Shown: in pieces, positions 1 through 9,692 of the stretch
Layout: each line of letters opens with the position of its first letter
Numbering within the stretch: position 1 is the stretch's first letter
Source: an uncultured Bacteroides sp.
Lineage (GTDB): Bacteria > Bacteroidota > Bacteroidia > Bacteroidales > JACABE01
DNA length: 64,000 nt
Direction of reading: 5' to 3'
Assembly (NCBI GenBank): GCA_964636105.1
Contig: CAZWRD010000001.1
Location: 21,917 to 85,916, forward strand
Translations under genes and position numbers: made by a program
Notes under the pieces: generated by a model
What the model saw: only the letters and a program-made list of their open reading frames with translations
The model's database searches: none
What the model was told of the DNA's origin: nothing

Positions 1-61
1 TTGTTATTTAATGCATTTTTAAGTGCTTACGACAAAAATATTGATTCAGGAAATAAGTAAA

Positions 62-1576
62 ATGGAATATTTAAACGATTTTTTCACATACGATGCCAAT
101 GCACCAATGATTTTTACCAGATTTTATTTCTGGATATTTTTTGCGATTGTACTCAGCATTTATTCAATAATATACAAGAAAAAAGCCGCTCGAAATACCT
201 ATCTTTTTATAGTTAGTTCATTCTTTTACTATAAATCTGGTGGCTATTTCTTCATTATTCTTGCATTTACAACTCTTTTCGATTATGCTGTTGGATTGTG
301 GATAGATAAAGCGAAAACTGATATCCGTAAAAAAGTTTATCTTACATTAAGTATTATTATGAATCTGGGCGTTTTGGCATATTTCAAATACAGCTATTTC
401 CTGATTGATACCATAAATAATTTATTCGACATTAATCTAAAAGTAGTTAACTATCTGGCTTTATGGACAAACGGTGTTGCTGGAACTAAAATTGATATTA
501 CTTCCATAATACTTCCAGTTGGAATTTCTTTTTATACTTTTCAATCAATTAGTTATACTGTTTCTGTTTATCGAAAAAAAATAGCACCTTTACACAATAT
601 ATTGGATTATGGTTGTTTTGTAACATTTTTCCCTCAATTGGTTGCAGGTCCCATTGTTAAGGCGTATGACTTTATACCTCAACTATATAAAGATTATTCT
701 CTTACAAAAAAGGAATTTGGATTTGCATTATTTTTGATTTTAAATGGATTAATCAAAAAAATGCTGGTTTCCGATTATATCTCAATCAACTTTGTTGACA
801 GAGTTTTCGATAGCCCACTCTCCTATTCTGGTTTTGAGAACCTAATGGCAGTTTATGGTTATGCCATTCAAATTTATTGCGATTTTTCTGGTTATACAGA
901 TATTGCCATTGGAGTCGCATTAATATTGGGATTCAGGCTACCAATGAATTTTAACTCACCTTACAAAGCAACAAATATTACAGAGTTTTGGCATCGCTGG
1001 CATATCTCGTTATCTACTTGGCTGAGAGATTATTTATACATTCCTTTAGGTGGAAATAAAAAAGGAAAAATCAGAACTTATATAAATTTATTCCTAGTTA
1101 TGCTTATAGGCGGACTTTGGCATGGAGCAGCTGTTAGGTTTATTATTTGGGGCGCGTTGCATGGCTTGGGGCTGACAGTGCATAAGTTATGGATTAATTT
1201 CTTTCCTAAAAAAGAAAAGGAAAATCAAATCAACCGATTTATCTCTTTATTTATTACTTTCCACTTTGTATTGTTTGCATGGCTTTTTTTTAGAGCCGAT
1301 AGTATGAGAAGTGTATGGAGTATATTGAATCAAATTTTCTGGCATTTCAATTGGAATATGATATTTGAAATTGTAGTTTCATATAAAAATGTTTTTTCAA
1401 TAATCTTAATCGCATTTATAATTCATTGGTTGCCAACAAAAATTAAAGAAAATTATAAAAACACTTTTATTGCAATGCCAATTTATGCCAAAGCTTTAGT
1501 AGTTGTTGTCATCGTATTTATTCTCTTTCAATTAAAATCATCCGAAATACAACCATTTATCTATTTCCAATTTTAA
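62..1576 (+). CDS. MBOAT-family membrane-bound O-acyltransferase (AlgI/DltB-like)
   Basis: ORF 23..1576 is multi-TM throughout. It has the conserved MBOAT His region FWHRWHISLSTWLRDYLYIPLGG and a later GLWHGA. I prefer the ATG at 62 (MEYLNDFF) over the GTG at 23. Confidence 0.85.
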   Translation: MEYLNDFFTYDANAPMIFTRFYFWIFFAIVLSIYSIIYKKKAARNTYLFIVSSFFYYKSGGYFFIILAFTTLFDYAVGLWIDKAKTDIRKKVYLTLSIIMNLGVLAYFKYSYFLIDTINNLFDINLKVVNYLALWTNGVAGTKIDITSIILPVGISFYTFQSISYTVSVYRKKIAPLHNILDYGCFVTFFPQLVAGPIVKAYDFIPQLYKDYSLTKKEFGFALFLILNGLIKKMLVSDYISINFVDRVFDSPLSYSGFENLMAVYGYAIQIYCDFSGYTDIAIGVALILGFRLPMNFNSPYKATNITEFWHRWHISLSTWLRDYLYIPLGGNKKGKIRTYINLFLVMLIGGLWHGAAVRFIIWGALHGLGLTVHKLWINFFPKKEKENQINRFISLFITFHFVLFAWLFFRADSMRSVWSILNQIFWHFNWNMIFEIVVSYKNVFSIILIAFIIHWLPTKIKENYKNTFIAMPIYAKALVVVVIVFILFQLKSSEIQPFIYFQF

Positions 1577-1626
1577 GAAATTGTTATTTTTCAATAAAGT
1601 AAAGTAAAACATCTGTATATATTTGT

Positions 1627-1634
1627 TACTTTTG
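1627..1634 (+). promoter_or_regulatory. Bacteroidota-type -7 promoter box (TActTTTG) upstream of the response regulator
   Basis: Exact match to TAnnTTTG, 22 nt upstream of the ATG at 1656. This motif is the established -7 element of Bacteroidetes sigma-A promoters. Confidence 0.45.
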
Positions 1635-1655
1635 TAACAGTAAAAATTTTTTAAA

Positions 1656-2339
1656 ATGAAAACAGAAAATTTCAGTATTTTATTAGTTGATGACGAACCA
1701 GATATTTTAGAATTTCTAGGTTATAATCTTCGGAAAGAAGGCTATACTGTTCATACTGCCGAAAATGGGAAAGAAGCAATTGATAAAGCTGCAAAATTAA
1801 TCCCTCATTTAATAATACTGGATGTGATGATGCCAAAAATGGATGGAATTGAGACATGTACTGAAATTAAAAAAAATCCAAAATTAGCTAATTCATTAAT
1901 TGTATTTCTTACAGCTCGTGGCGAAGATTACTCACAACTTGCTGGTTTTGAAGCAGGAGCTGACGATTACATTACAAAACCTATCAAACCTAAAATTATT
2001 ACCAGCCGCATTAAAGCCTTGCTCCGCAGATACAAAGATGATGAATCTCCAAATAATTCGGTTGAATTGAAAGATATCATTATCGACAGAGAAAAATATG
2101 TTGTTATTAAAGACGGTAAAGAAATAATTCTTCCTCGAAAAGAGTTTGAACTTCTACTTATGCTTTGCTCTAAGCCAAATAAAGTATTTACACGAAGCGA
2201 AATTTTCACAAACGTATGGGGCGATGATGTAATTGTTGGCGACAGAACTATTGACGTACATATCAGAAAGATACGCGAAAAAATCGGGATTGAAAACCTG
2301 AAAACAATTAAAGGTGTTGGCTATAAATACGAAGAATAA
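1656..2339 (+). CDS. OmpR/PhoB-family response regulator (REC + winged helix)
   Basis: Receiver motifs LLVDDEPD, ILDVMMPKMDG and ITKP. C-terminal winged-helix motifs RTIDVHIRKIREKI and GVGYKY. Confidence 0.9.
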   Translation: MKTENFSILLVDDEPDILEFLGYNLRKEGYTVHTAENGKEAIDKAAKLIPHLIILDVMMPKMDGIETCTEIKKNPKLANSLIVFLTARGEDYSQLAGFEAGADDYITKPIKPKIITSRIKALLRRYKDDESPNNSVELKDIIIDREKYVVIKDGKEIILPRKEFELLLMLCSKPNKVFTRSEIFTNVWGDDVIVGDRTIDVHIRKIREKIGIENLKTIKGVGYKYEE

Positions 2340-3388
2340 TGTTTAATGCCAATCCTCATAAAATTGCTACCAGCAATGCTATATTTATAACTGCCTTTTC
2401 ACTAGCTCTTTATGTTGTTTCTAGCCTCATTATTCCGGCTTTTAATGTATTGGTTTTCTTTTCATTTGCCATTCTGATTTTTATTTTTTCGTTTTTAATT
2501 ATCAGATACTCTGTTGAAAAATTTTTGTATGAAAAAATTAGAATCATATACAAAACCATTCACAAACTAAAGGTTTCTAAAAAAAACTTAAGAGATAAAC
2601 AAAAAGGTAATGGCGACATACTAGAGAGTGTTAACCAAGAGGTTATAGATTGGGTTGACGATAAAAGTAAAGAAATTGAAGACCTTAAAAAGCTGGAGGT
2701 TTATCGTCGCGAATATATTGGCAATGTTTCGCATGAGCTTAAAACCCCAATATTCAATATTCAAGGCTATATTTTAACCTTATTGGATGGTGGACTTGAT
2801 GACCCAAGTATCAACAAAGAATATTTAATGCGTACAGAGAAAAGCATTAATAGAATGATTGCTATTATCCAAGATCTAGAGGAAATTTCGAGGCTGGAAA
2901 CAGGTGAACTAAAACTAGAATTTATAAAATTCGATATTATTTCTTTGGTAAAAGAAGTAGTTGATTTTTTGGAAATTAAAGCTAAAAAAAGAAAAGTAAA
3001 ATTAAATATTATACCATCAATAACTAAACAAATTATTGTAAATGCTGATAAAAAAAGGATTAGACAAGTACTCACCAATCTAATAGAAAACTCATTGAAA
3101 TACAATGCTGATGAAAATGCGCAAACAAGAATAAGTTTTTATGATATGGATGAACATATTTTAATTGAAGTTACTGATAACGGCATTGGTGTAAGCGAAC
3201 AAGATTTACCTCGTTTATTCGAAAGATTTTATCGTACAGATAAAAGCCGGTCGAGAAGTGAAGGTGGTACAGGTTTGGGATTATCTATCGTTAAACACAT
3301 TATTGAAGCCCACGACCAAACGATTAATGTAAGAAGCTCTATTGGAGTTGGGACCACTTTCGGATTTACATTACAAAAAGGAAATTAA
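2339..3388 (+). CDS. Sensor histidine kinase (2 TM, HisKA + HATPase_c)
   Basis: Two N-terminal hydrophobic helices, then H-box NVSHELKTPIFNIQGY, N box NLIENSLKY, G1 DNGIGV and G2 GTGLGLSIV. The start overlaps the regulator's stop (TAATG), which suggests translational coupling. Confidence 0.9.
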   Translation: MFNANPHKIATSNAIFITAFSLALYVVSSLIIPAFNVLVFFSFAILIFIFSFLIIRYSVEKFLYEKIRIIYKTIHKLKVSKKNLRDKQKGNGDILESVNQEVIDWVDDKSKEIEDLKKLEVYRREYIGNVSHELKTPIFNIQGYILTLLDGGLDDPSINKEYLMRTEKSINRMIAIIQDLEEISRLETGELKLEFIKFDIISLVKEVVDFLEIKAKKRKVKLNIIPSITKQIIVNADKKRIRQVLTNLIENSLKYNADENAQTRISFYDMDEHILIEVTDNGIGVSEQDLPRLFERFYRTDKSRSRSEGGTGLGLSIVKHIIEAHDQTINVRSSIGVGTTFGFTLQKGN

Positions 3389-4129
3389 CTATTTATACGA
3401 TTTAACGGCTGCGGCAACCTCTTTTATCAGTTGAGCTGATTTTTCGATACCATTACCAACTACTACGATATCAGCACCTGATTTGCAATCTTCTATAGCT
3501 TTTTCGGGTGAATTAATTCCTCCTCCACAAATAATTGGAGAGCTTGTATTAGACCTTACTTTTTCTATCATACTTACTGAAATGGGATTGATAGCACCAC
3601 TTCCGGCATCCATATAAATCAATTTCAAACCAAGCATTTCACCAGCCATAGCGGTACATGCTGCAATATCACTTTTATCTGCAGGTATGGGCATGGTATT
3701 GCTCATATACAAAGCCGAAGTTGGCTTACCACTGTCAATCAACATATAAGCAGTTGGAATTACTTCTAATTTACTCTCTTTAATATAAGGAGCAGCAATA
3801 ACATGATTTCCAATTAATAAATCGGGATTTCGTCCCGAAATCAATGATAAAAATAAAATGGCATCAGCAAATGGACTTATTTGCAAATTGTTTCCTGGAA
3901 AAATAATAACGGGTATTGATGAATTTGATTTTAATATTTTAATGCAATTGTCTAAGCTATTTTTGCTTAGCAAACTTCCTCCTACAAAAAAATAATCGAC
4001 ACCAGCTTCGGAAGAAAGCAAAGAAATTGCTTCCAATTGCTTGTTATTTGGCTTATCAGGATCTACAAGTACGGCAAACTGTTTGTTTAAATTGCTTTTC
4101 TTATCTATTATTGAAGTAAAAATGCTCAT
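3389..4129 (-). CDS. Geranylgeranylglyceryl-phosphate synthase family prenyltransferase (PcrB/GGGPS fold)
   Basis: 246 aa with family motifs VLVDPDK, DYFFVGGS, LIYMDAGSGA and ICGGGI...IVVVGN. Size and motifs fit the PcrB/GGGPS TIM-barrel family. Confidence 0.8.
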   Translation of the reverse strand: MSIFTSIIDKKSNLNKQFAVLVDPDKPNNKQLEAISLLSSEAGVDYFFVGGSLLSKNSLDNCIKILKSNSSIPVIIFPGNNLQISPFADAILFLSLISGRNPDLLIGNHVIAAPYIKESKLEVIPTAYMLIDSGKPTSALYMSNTMPIPADKSDIAACTAMAGEMLGLKLIYMDAGSGAINPISVSMIEKVRSNTSSPIICGGGINSPEKAIEDCKSGADIVVVGNGIEKSAQLIKEVAAAVKSYK

Positions 4130-4187
4130 AATCTCTAAATATTTACAAAGGTATAATTTTTTATTATACTACGTTTTTAATTTAACA

Positions 4188-5084
4188 TCAATTCTGATTT
4201 TTTTGAGGTTTTGATTTTATTAATTGTTGTACTAATATACCTGCTATAATAAAAAACAAACCCAAAAGTGTTGAATAATGAATGCTTTCGCCAATAAAAA
4301 TATATATAAAAAACAAGGACATAAAAGGCGACAGAAATATTAACTGACTCACTTTATCGGTTGATGAAGAATATTTTAATGCAGTAAGCCAAAATACAAA
4401 TGTCAAACTCATTTCAAATAATCCTATATAAATAAAAGCTGGTATTGCCGCTGTTTGCAAATGAAAACCTTCGGTTGAAAGCATCAATATTAACGAAAGT
4501 ATGCTTCCTGAAAGAAAATTAAAAAAAAGCTTTATTACACTATCATTGTGATCTTTTACATTTAATAACCAATACAAAGCCCAAACCACCGAGCTACTCA
4601 AAGCCAGCATATCGCCTCCAAAATCGGAAAACCTAAAAGCCATCAAATTGGCTTTGGTTGATATTATAATTATTCCCAAAAAGCTTAATAGGATAGCTAA
4701 ACCGCTTTTGAGACTAAGTTTTTGTTTTAAAATAGGTATCGATAAAAGTATGAGCATTACGGGCCAGGTATAATTAAGCGTCATGGCTTCCTGCGCTGGC
4801 AGTATTGAATAAGCTTTAAACAAAATTACATAATACAAAAACGGATTCAATATGCCTAAACTCATTGAAATAAATATCTGTTTTGATGTAATTTGCCTTA
4901 AAATTTTAAGCTTATTTTGCAATATCATTATCAGAAATAGCAACATCAAAGAAACAAAACTAGTGAAGAAAAGCAATTGAATAAATGAAGCATTTTTCAA
5001 TGCAATTTTAAAGGCAGTGGCTACAGTTGACCAGCACAATACGGCAAGCAAAGCGAAAATATAGGCTTTTTTCTGATTTGGCAT
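4188..5084 (-). CDS. EamA/DMT-superfamily transporter
   Basis: 298 aa with about 10 hydrophobic helices in two similar halves, as is typical of EamA domain pairs. Confidence 0.75.
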   Translation of the reverse strand: MPNQKKAYIFALLAVLCWSTVATAFKIALKNASFIQLLFFTSFVSLMLLFLIMILQNKLKILRQITSKQIFISMSLGILNPFLYYVILFKAYSILPAQEAMTLNYTWPVMLILLSIPILKQKLSLKSGLAILLSFLGIIIISTKANLMAFRFSDFGGDMLALSSSVVWALYWLLNVKDHNDSVIKLFFNFLSGSILSLILMLSTEGFHLQTAAIPAFIYIGLFEMSLTFVFWLTALKYSSSTDKVSQLIFLSPFMSLFFIYIFIGESIHYSTLLGLFFIIAGILVQQLIKSKPQKNQN

Positions 5085-5131
5085 CTTTTGTTTAATTAAA
5101 ATTTTAATTATATAAGGTAAATAATTGATAA

Positions 5132-5512
5132 TTATTTATCCTGCTCAAATTTAATATGTTTCAAATTTTGTTTCAAACTTACATCTGCTCTAAAACAGAT
5201 TTTTTTTGCATGAACTTTTCGGGGTGTACAATCTTCAGCATTATCAAAACCTTCGCTACTAGCTGAAATTGTAAATATCCCCAAATCATCCAATTTTACA
5301 CTATAACCTTGATGCAAATGCTCTTCAATCAATTCTACCAAACCTATTATTGTAGCTCGCACATCTGCAACACTTAAAGTGCTACGTTGCGATAGTTTCT
5401 TTGCAAGCTGCACTATATCAACACTTCCTGATCGTATCGGAACTGCATAATACTTGTGATCGTTGCCACTTAAACTGCTTTTTTTAGTTTTTACCCTGTA
5501 CTTAAACCCCAT
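5132..5512 (-). CDS. HU-related DNA-binding protein (Bacteroidota HU_rel type)
   Basis: 126 aa. The pattern YYAVPIRSG..V....LAKKLSQRSTLSVADVRATIIGLVELIEEHL.QG.SVKLDDLGIFT matches the Bacteroidetes-specific HU-like family as I recall it. Confidence 0.7.
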   Translation of the reverse strand: MGFKYRVKTKKSSLSGNDHKYYAVPIRSGSVDIVQLAKKLSQRSTLSVADVRATIIGLVELIEEHLHQGYSVKLDDLGIFTISASSEGFDNAEDCTPRKVHAKKICFRADVSLKQNLKHIKFEQDK

Positions 5513-5576
5513 AAAACTATTATTATTTTTAAAATACTAATTAGGATTTTATTATTATTCTGTGTCCATTTTTAAT

Positions 5577-5668
5577 TATAATATATATCTTATACATCTT
5601 TTAATATATATCTAAATGCTTATATAATATATATCTTATTTGAATTTTAATATATATTAAAAATAAAA
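5577..5668. repeat. Four AT-rich direct repeats with exact 23-bp phasing (degenerate 46-bp tandem duplication)
   Basis: AATATATATCT starts at 5580, 5603 and 5626. AATATATATTA starts at 5649. A 17-bp perfect copy TATAATATATATCTTAT occurs at 5577-5593 and 5623-5639. Confidence 0.85.
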
Positions 5669-5941
5669 ATGAAACACAAATAAAGATACAAATATAAGAA
5701 AGTTTTTAATTTTGAAAGCTTATTTTAAATCTTTTATCTTTACTAATTCATATTTTACAAAAATAACAATGAGTCCAATCTGACAAACTGTCATGTTGAT
5801 AATAAAACCTAAGAGGTTTTGAAAACTTGTTAGGTTAAGGCATTCAAGACTAATCTCATTGATATTATCATTTTTAAATCAATCCGATTTCATTAAGAAT
5901 AAATATCAATGTGATTTCTTTGTGGTTTGCAAGATTATAAC

Positions 5942-5949
5942 TAATTTTG
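5942..5949 (+). promoter_or_regulatory. -7 promoter box (TAatTTTG) upstream of ahcY
   Basis: Exact TAnnTTTG, 25 nt upstream of the ATG at 5974. This supports that ATG over the TTG at 5947, which lies inside the box. Confidence 0.45.
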
Positions 5950-5973
5950 CAAACAATTAAAAAAAATAATAAC

Positions 5974-7383
5974 ATGACAGATTATAACTTAAAATACAAG
6001 GTAGCAGATATCAACCTTGCTGATTGGGGAAGAAAAGAAATAGAAATAGCCGAAAAAGAAATGCCAGGTTTAATGTCGTTGCGTAAAAAATACGGAGCAG
6101 AAAAACCGTTAAAAGGAGCTAGAATAACCGGTTCTTTACACATGACCATCCAAACAGCCGTTTTAATCGAAACTTTGGTAGAATTAGGAGCAGATGTACG
6201 TTGGGCAAGCTGCAATATATTTTCAACACAAGATCATGCAGCAGCAGGCATAGCAGCAGCAGGCATCCCTGTTTTTGCTTGGAAAGGCGAAACTTTAGAA
6301 GAATACTGGTGGTGTACAAATCAGGCATTATCTTTCCCTGGTGGAAAAGGTCCAAATTTGATAGTTGATGATGGTGGCGATGCAACCTTATTAATTCATA
6401 AAGGATATGCAGCTGAATTAGATCCTAAAACCATTGAATATACTGCTTCAAACAAAGAAGAATCAATCATTCTTGATACCATCAGAACCATATTAAAAGA
6501 AGATAACCAAAAATGGACAAGAGTAGTTGCTGAATTACAAGGTGTTTCAGAAGAAACAACAACTGGAGTTCATCGTTTATATCAAATGTTGGAAAAAGGT
6601 GAATTACTGATTCCTGCTATCAACGTAAACGACTCTGTAACCAAATCAAAATTCGATAACCTTTATGGATGTCGCGAATCATTGGCAGATGGTATCAAAA
6701 GAGCCACTGATGTAATGATTGCAGGTAAAGTAGTTGTAGTATTAGGTTATGGTGATGTAGGAAAAGGATGTGCACATTCAATGCGTTCGTACGGAGCAAG
6801 AGTTATTGTTACTGAAATAGATCCAATTTGTGCACTTCAAGCTGCTATGGAAGGTTTTGAAGTAAATACGATGGATGATGCAGTTACCGAAGGTAATATT
6901 TTTGTAACTACTACAGGAAACAAAGATGTTGTTACTGCTGAACATATGGCAAAAATGAAGGATCAGGCAATTGTTTGTAACATTGGTCATTTCGATAACG
7001 AAATACAAGTTGATAAATTAGAAGAATGGAAAGGTATCCAAAAAATAAACATCAAACCACAGGTAGATAAATATGTTTATCCTGATGGGCATGCTATTTT
7101 TATGTTAGCTGAAGGCAGATTGGTTAATTTAGGTTGTGCTACCGGACACCCATCATTTGTAATGAGTAACTCATTCACCAATCAAACATTGGCTCAATTA
7201 GATTTGTGGAAAAACAAATACGAAGTAGGTGTTTATCGTTTACCAAAATATTTGGATGAAGAAGTTGCACGCTTACATTTAGAACAAATTGGAGTAAGAC
7301 TTACCAGATTAACAGAAGAACAAGCTGCTTATTTAGGTATTTCACCAGATGGTCCTTACAAAGCAGATCATTACAGATACTAA
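5974..7383 (+). CDS. ahcY: Adenosylhomocysteinase (S-adenosyl-L-homocysteine hydrolase)
   Basis: Full-length match by eye: [41 protein letters not shown] site [16 protein letters not shown], and the C-terminal YKADHYRY. Confidence 0.95.
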   Translation: MTDYNLKYKVADINLADWGRKEIEIAEKEMPGLMSLRKKYGAEKPLKGARITGSLHMTIQTAVLIETLVELGADVRWASCNIFSTQDHAAAGIAAAGIPVFAWKGETLEEYWWCTNQALSFPGGKGPNLIVDDGGDATLLIHKGYAAELDPKTIEYTASNKEESIILDTIRTILKEDNQKWTRVVAELQGVSEETTTGVHRLYQMLEKGELLIPAINVNDSVTKSKFDNLYGCRESLADGIKRATDVMIAGKVVVVLGYGDVGKGCAHSMRSYGARVIVTEIDPICALQAAMEGFEVNTMDDAVTEGNIFVTTTGNKDVVTAEHMAKMKDQAIVCNIGHFDNEIQVDKLEEWKGIQKINIKPQVDKYVYPDGHAIFMLAEGRLVNLGCATGHPSFVMSNSFTNQTLAQLDLWKNKYEVGVYRLPKYLDEEVARLHLEQIGVRLTRLTEEQAAYLGISPDGPYKADHYRY

Positions 7384-7402
7384 GAAACATTTCGACAATA
7401 AT

Positions 7403-7430
7403 AAAAACCGGAAGCATTTCCGGTTTTTTT
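7403..7430 (+). terminator. Rho-independent terminator after ahcY
   Basis: Stem CCGGAA (7408-7413) pairs with TTCCGG (7418-7423) around loop GCAT. A T7 run follows. Confidence 0.75.
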
Positions 7431-7575
7431 ATTAAGGAATGGTTTATTAAACTCCAAATCAGCAAAGAATAAGAACTTATTCATAATAAAAATAAAACAA
7501 AGGCAACTAATAACTAATAATAGCTGTCTTTAAAAAAATCTAAAAATTCATTTAGTAAGTATATCAAATTTAAGT

Positions 7576-9639
7576 ATGAAAAAGAAACTTTTTATTACAT
7601 TAATCGGCCTTTTATTATTTTATTCAGCAAAATCACAATTTGTGTTAACTGCAATGATAGATACGATTCCAACAAGCGTTTATCACATGTGTGCTGGAGA
7701 CACTTTGGATTTGAATGCAGTAAAAACCGATTATTTGATGAATAATAATTTCAACAATTCATCAATTGGTGTAGGTTGGTCAATCACATCTGGATTAGTT
7801 GCTTCATTTAACAATCCTTGTCCGCCAGTAACTTTACCCGCAACTGGTGCAACATTTTGGTTTGGAGGGAATGCATATCCAAGAGAACTAATTACAATTG
7901 GATATGACATACATTGTTATACAAATTGTTATGTTGAATTTGATATGAAATACGGAGCAAATCAGAATTCAGCCAATTGCGAATCACCAGATGAACCAAC
8001 AGAAGGAGTTCATTTAACGTACTCAACAACAGGAGGCGCTACATACACCCAATTTACAGGAGAAATTGCCCCATCAGGAACTTTCGGATCTCCCGGATAC
8101 GTTAACGGAAGCGGTGGTTATTGGACTCCAGTTTCGGGTAATGCTGCAACTGGTCCATATTATACATGGAATCATTATAAAACTCAATTACCGGCTACTG
8201 CAATTTCTACAAATACGAAAATCAGATGGTATCAACAACTGGCAAGTGGAAATACATTTGATCATTGGGGAATTGACAACGTACAAATATCTTGTCCTAC
8301 AATACCTTATCCCGAATGGTCATGTGTAGAATTGCCATTCTGGACAAATTCAAACTTAAATCCCACACCATTTGTAATAAATCAACCAGGCACCTACCAT
8401 TATGTAATACAAATTGTTGACTTAACCGGTAATTCGCATTGTGTTGAAACTGACACTATCAAAGTAATTGTTCATGATCCAAATATTTTAACTGTAAATT
8501 CGGGATTAGACAGTATAGCTATTTGCATTGGTGAATCAGCCACTCTTTATGCTCAAAGTTCGATTAGTGGAGTGATTAACTATCAATGGAATACCACTCC
8601 TGTTACAAATAATGACACTGCAATTGTAAGCCCATTAGCAAACAGACAATATATAATTACAGCTAAAGATAATATTGGCTGTACTGTAAAAGACAGTATC
8701 AAAGTTATAGTTCAAAACAAGCCAATCCCATTTGCAACAAATGATACTGCTTGTATAGGAAATTCTGTAACTTTAACTGCCTCTGGTGGCGAAATATATC
8801 AATGGAGCAATGGTTTTACAAATGACACAATTACATTATCTCCTTTATCCACAACCACTTATAAAGTAATAATTTCAACACTTGCAGGTTGTAAAGACTC
8901 TATTGATGTAACTGCAATAATTCATCCACTCCCGAGCATTCAATTAACAAATAACACAACCATTTGTATGGGAGATACCGCAACACTAACAGTAAGTGGA
9001 GGTGCAAATTATCAATGGAGTACTTCAGAAACAACTCCAGATATTAAAGTAAGTCCATCAACTCTTACAACTTACAGTGTAATAGTAACTAGTATTAATG
9101 GATGTATTGACTCTAGCAATGTTGATGTTGATGCAATTCCATTACCAACACCCCTTATTTTGCAAGATGTTGATACCATTTGTAAAGGAACATCCACAAC
9201 ATTAATTGCTAGTGGTGGAAGCTCATACTTATGGAATACCGGGGAAACCGTTTCTACTATATTAATTGCGCCTTATATGTCATCTTTTTATTCTGTTACG
9301 GTAAGCAATACATTAAACAACGTTACATGTTCTGCTACAGCCAACACAAAAATGAATGTAAGAAACTGTAATCTTATTTTTGTACCAAATTCTTTTGTCC
9401 CATTTGGTTATAATACAATTTTTAAACCTTCAGGAGAATTAAAAGCTGCAAGAAATTATTCCTTCCAGATTTTCAATAGATGGGGACAACTTATATATGA
9501 AACCAATGATACAGAAAAAGGATGGGACGGTAGATTAAACGGAGAATATGTTCCAGCTGGTGCTTATGTTTATTATCTGAAATTTGACAATGTTGATGAT
9601 AAATTTGAAAAAATTGGGACTGTAACTGTAATATTCTAA
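7576..9639 (+). CDS. Secreted surface protein with T9SS type B C-terminal sorting domain (paralog 1)
   Basis: Signal peptide MKKKLFITLIGLLLFYSAKSQ, then an N-terminal Cys-containing domain of about 225 aa ending DHWGIDNVQISCP. Five repeats of about 75 aa follow (C.G(D/E/N)(S/T).TL.ASGG..Y.W). The C-terminus FVPNSFVPFGYNTIFKP...FQIFNRWGQLIYE...GWDGR.NG...P.G.YVYY is typical of the gliding-motility-associated CTD (TIGR04131 type). Confidence 0.85.
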   Translation: MKKKLFITLIGLLLFYSAKSQFVLTAMIDTIPTSVYHMCAGDTLDLNAVKTDYLMNNNFNNSSIGVGWSITSGLVASFNNPCPPVTLPATGATFWFGGNAYPRELITIGYDIHCYTNCYVEFDMKYGANQNSANCESPDEPTEGVHLTYSTTGGATYTQFTGEIAPSGTFGSPGYVNGSGGYWTPVSGNAATGPYYTWNHYKTQLPATAISTNTKIRWYQQLASGNTFDHWGIDNVQISCPTIPYPEWSCVELPFWTNSNLNPTPFVINQPGTYHYVIQIVDLTGNSHCVETDTIKVIVHDPNILTVNSGLDSIAICIGESATLYAQSSISGVINYQWNTTPVTNNDTAIVSPLANRQYIITAKDNIGCTVKDSIKVIVQNKPIPFATNDTACIGNSVTLTASGGEIYQWSNGFTNDTITLSPLSTTTYKVIISTLAGCKDSIDVTAIIHPLPSIQLTNNTTICMGDTATLTVSGGANYQWSTSETTPDIKVSPSTLTTYSVIVTSINGCIDSSNVDVDAIPLPTPLILQDVDTICKGTSTTLIASGGSSYLWNTGETVSTILIAPYMSSFYSVTVSNTLNNVTCSATANTKMNVRNCNLIFVPNSFVPFGYNTIFKPSGELKAARNYSFQIFNRWGQLIYETNDTEKGWDGRLNGEYVPAGAYVYYLKFDNVDDKFEKIGTVTVIF

Positions 9640-9640
9640 C
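9169..9640 (+). repeat. Near-identical duplicated segment, copy A (3' end of paralog 1)
   Basis: 9169-9640 aligns to 12050-12521 at offset 2881, with mismatches only at 9210, 9216 and 9243. I checked 9244-9640 (397 bp) line by line and it is identical. Upstream identity drops to roughly three quarters. Confidence 0.9.
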
Positions 9641-9656
9641 TTTACAAAATTCAAAG

Positions 9657-9692
9657 AAAAAAAGAGTTGCAAAATTGCAACTCTTTTTTTTT
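9657..9692. terminator. Bidirectional rho-independent terminator (copy A of a duplicated hairpin)
   Basis: AGAGTTGC (9663-9670) pairs with GCAACTCT (9677-9684). It is flanked by an A-run and a T-run, so it can serve the convergent genes ending at 9639 and 9691. Confidence 0.75.

Noticed and set aside
5690-5946. Possible SAH or other riboswitch, or a structured RNA, in the long leader region upstream of ahcY. This includes the imperfect palindrome AACCTAAGAGGTTTTGAAAACTTGTTAGGTT (5806-5836) and small hairpins (TGACA-AAC-TGTCA at 5781-5793).
   Set aside because: None of the GC-rich conserved cores of the SAH riboswitch are present. The best -7 box lies only 25 nt before the ATG, so most of this region is probably not in the ahcY transcript. 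Short AT-rich palindromes are expected by chance.
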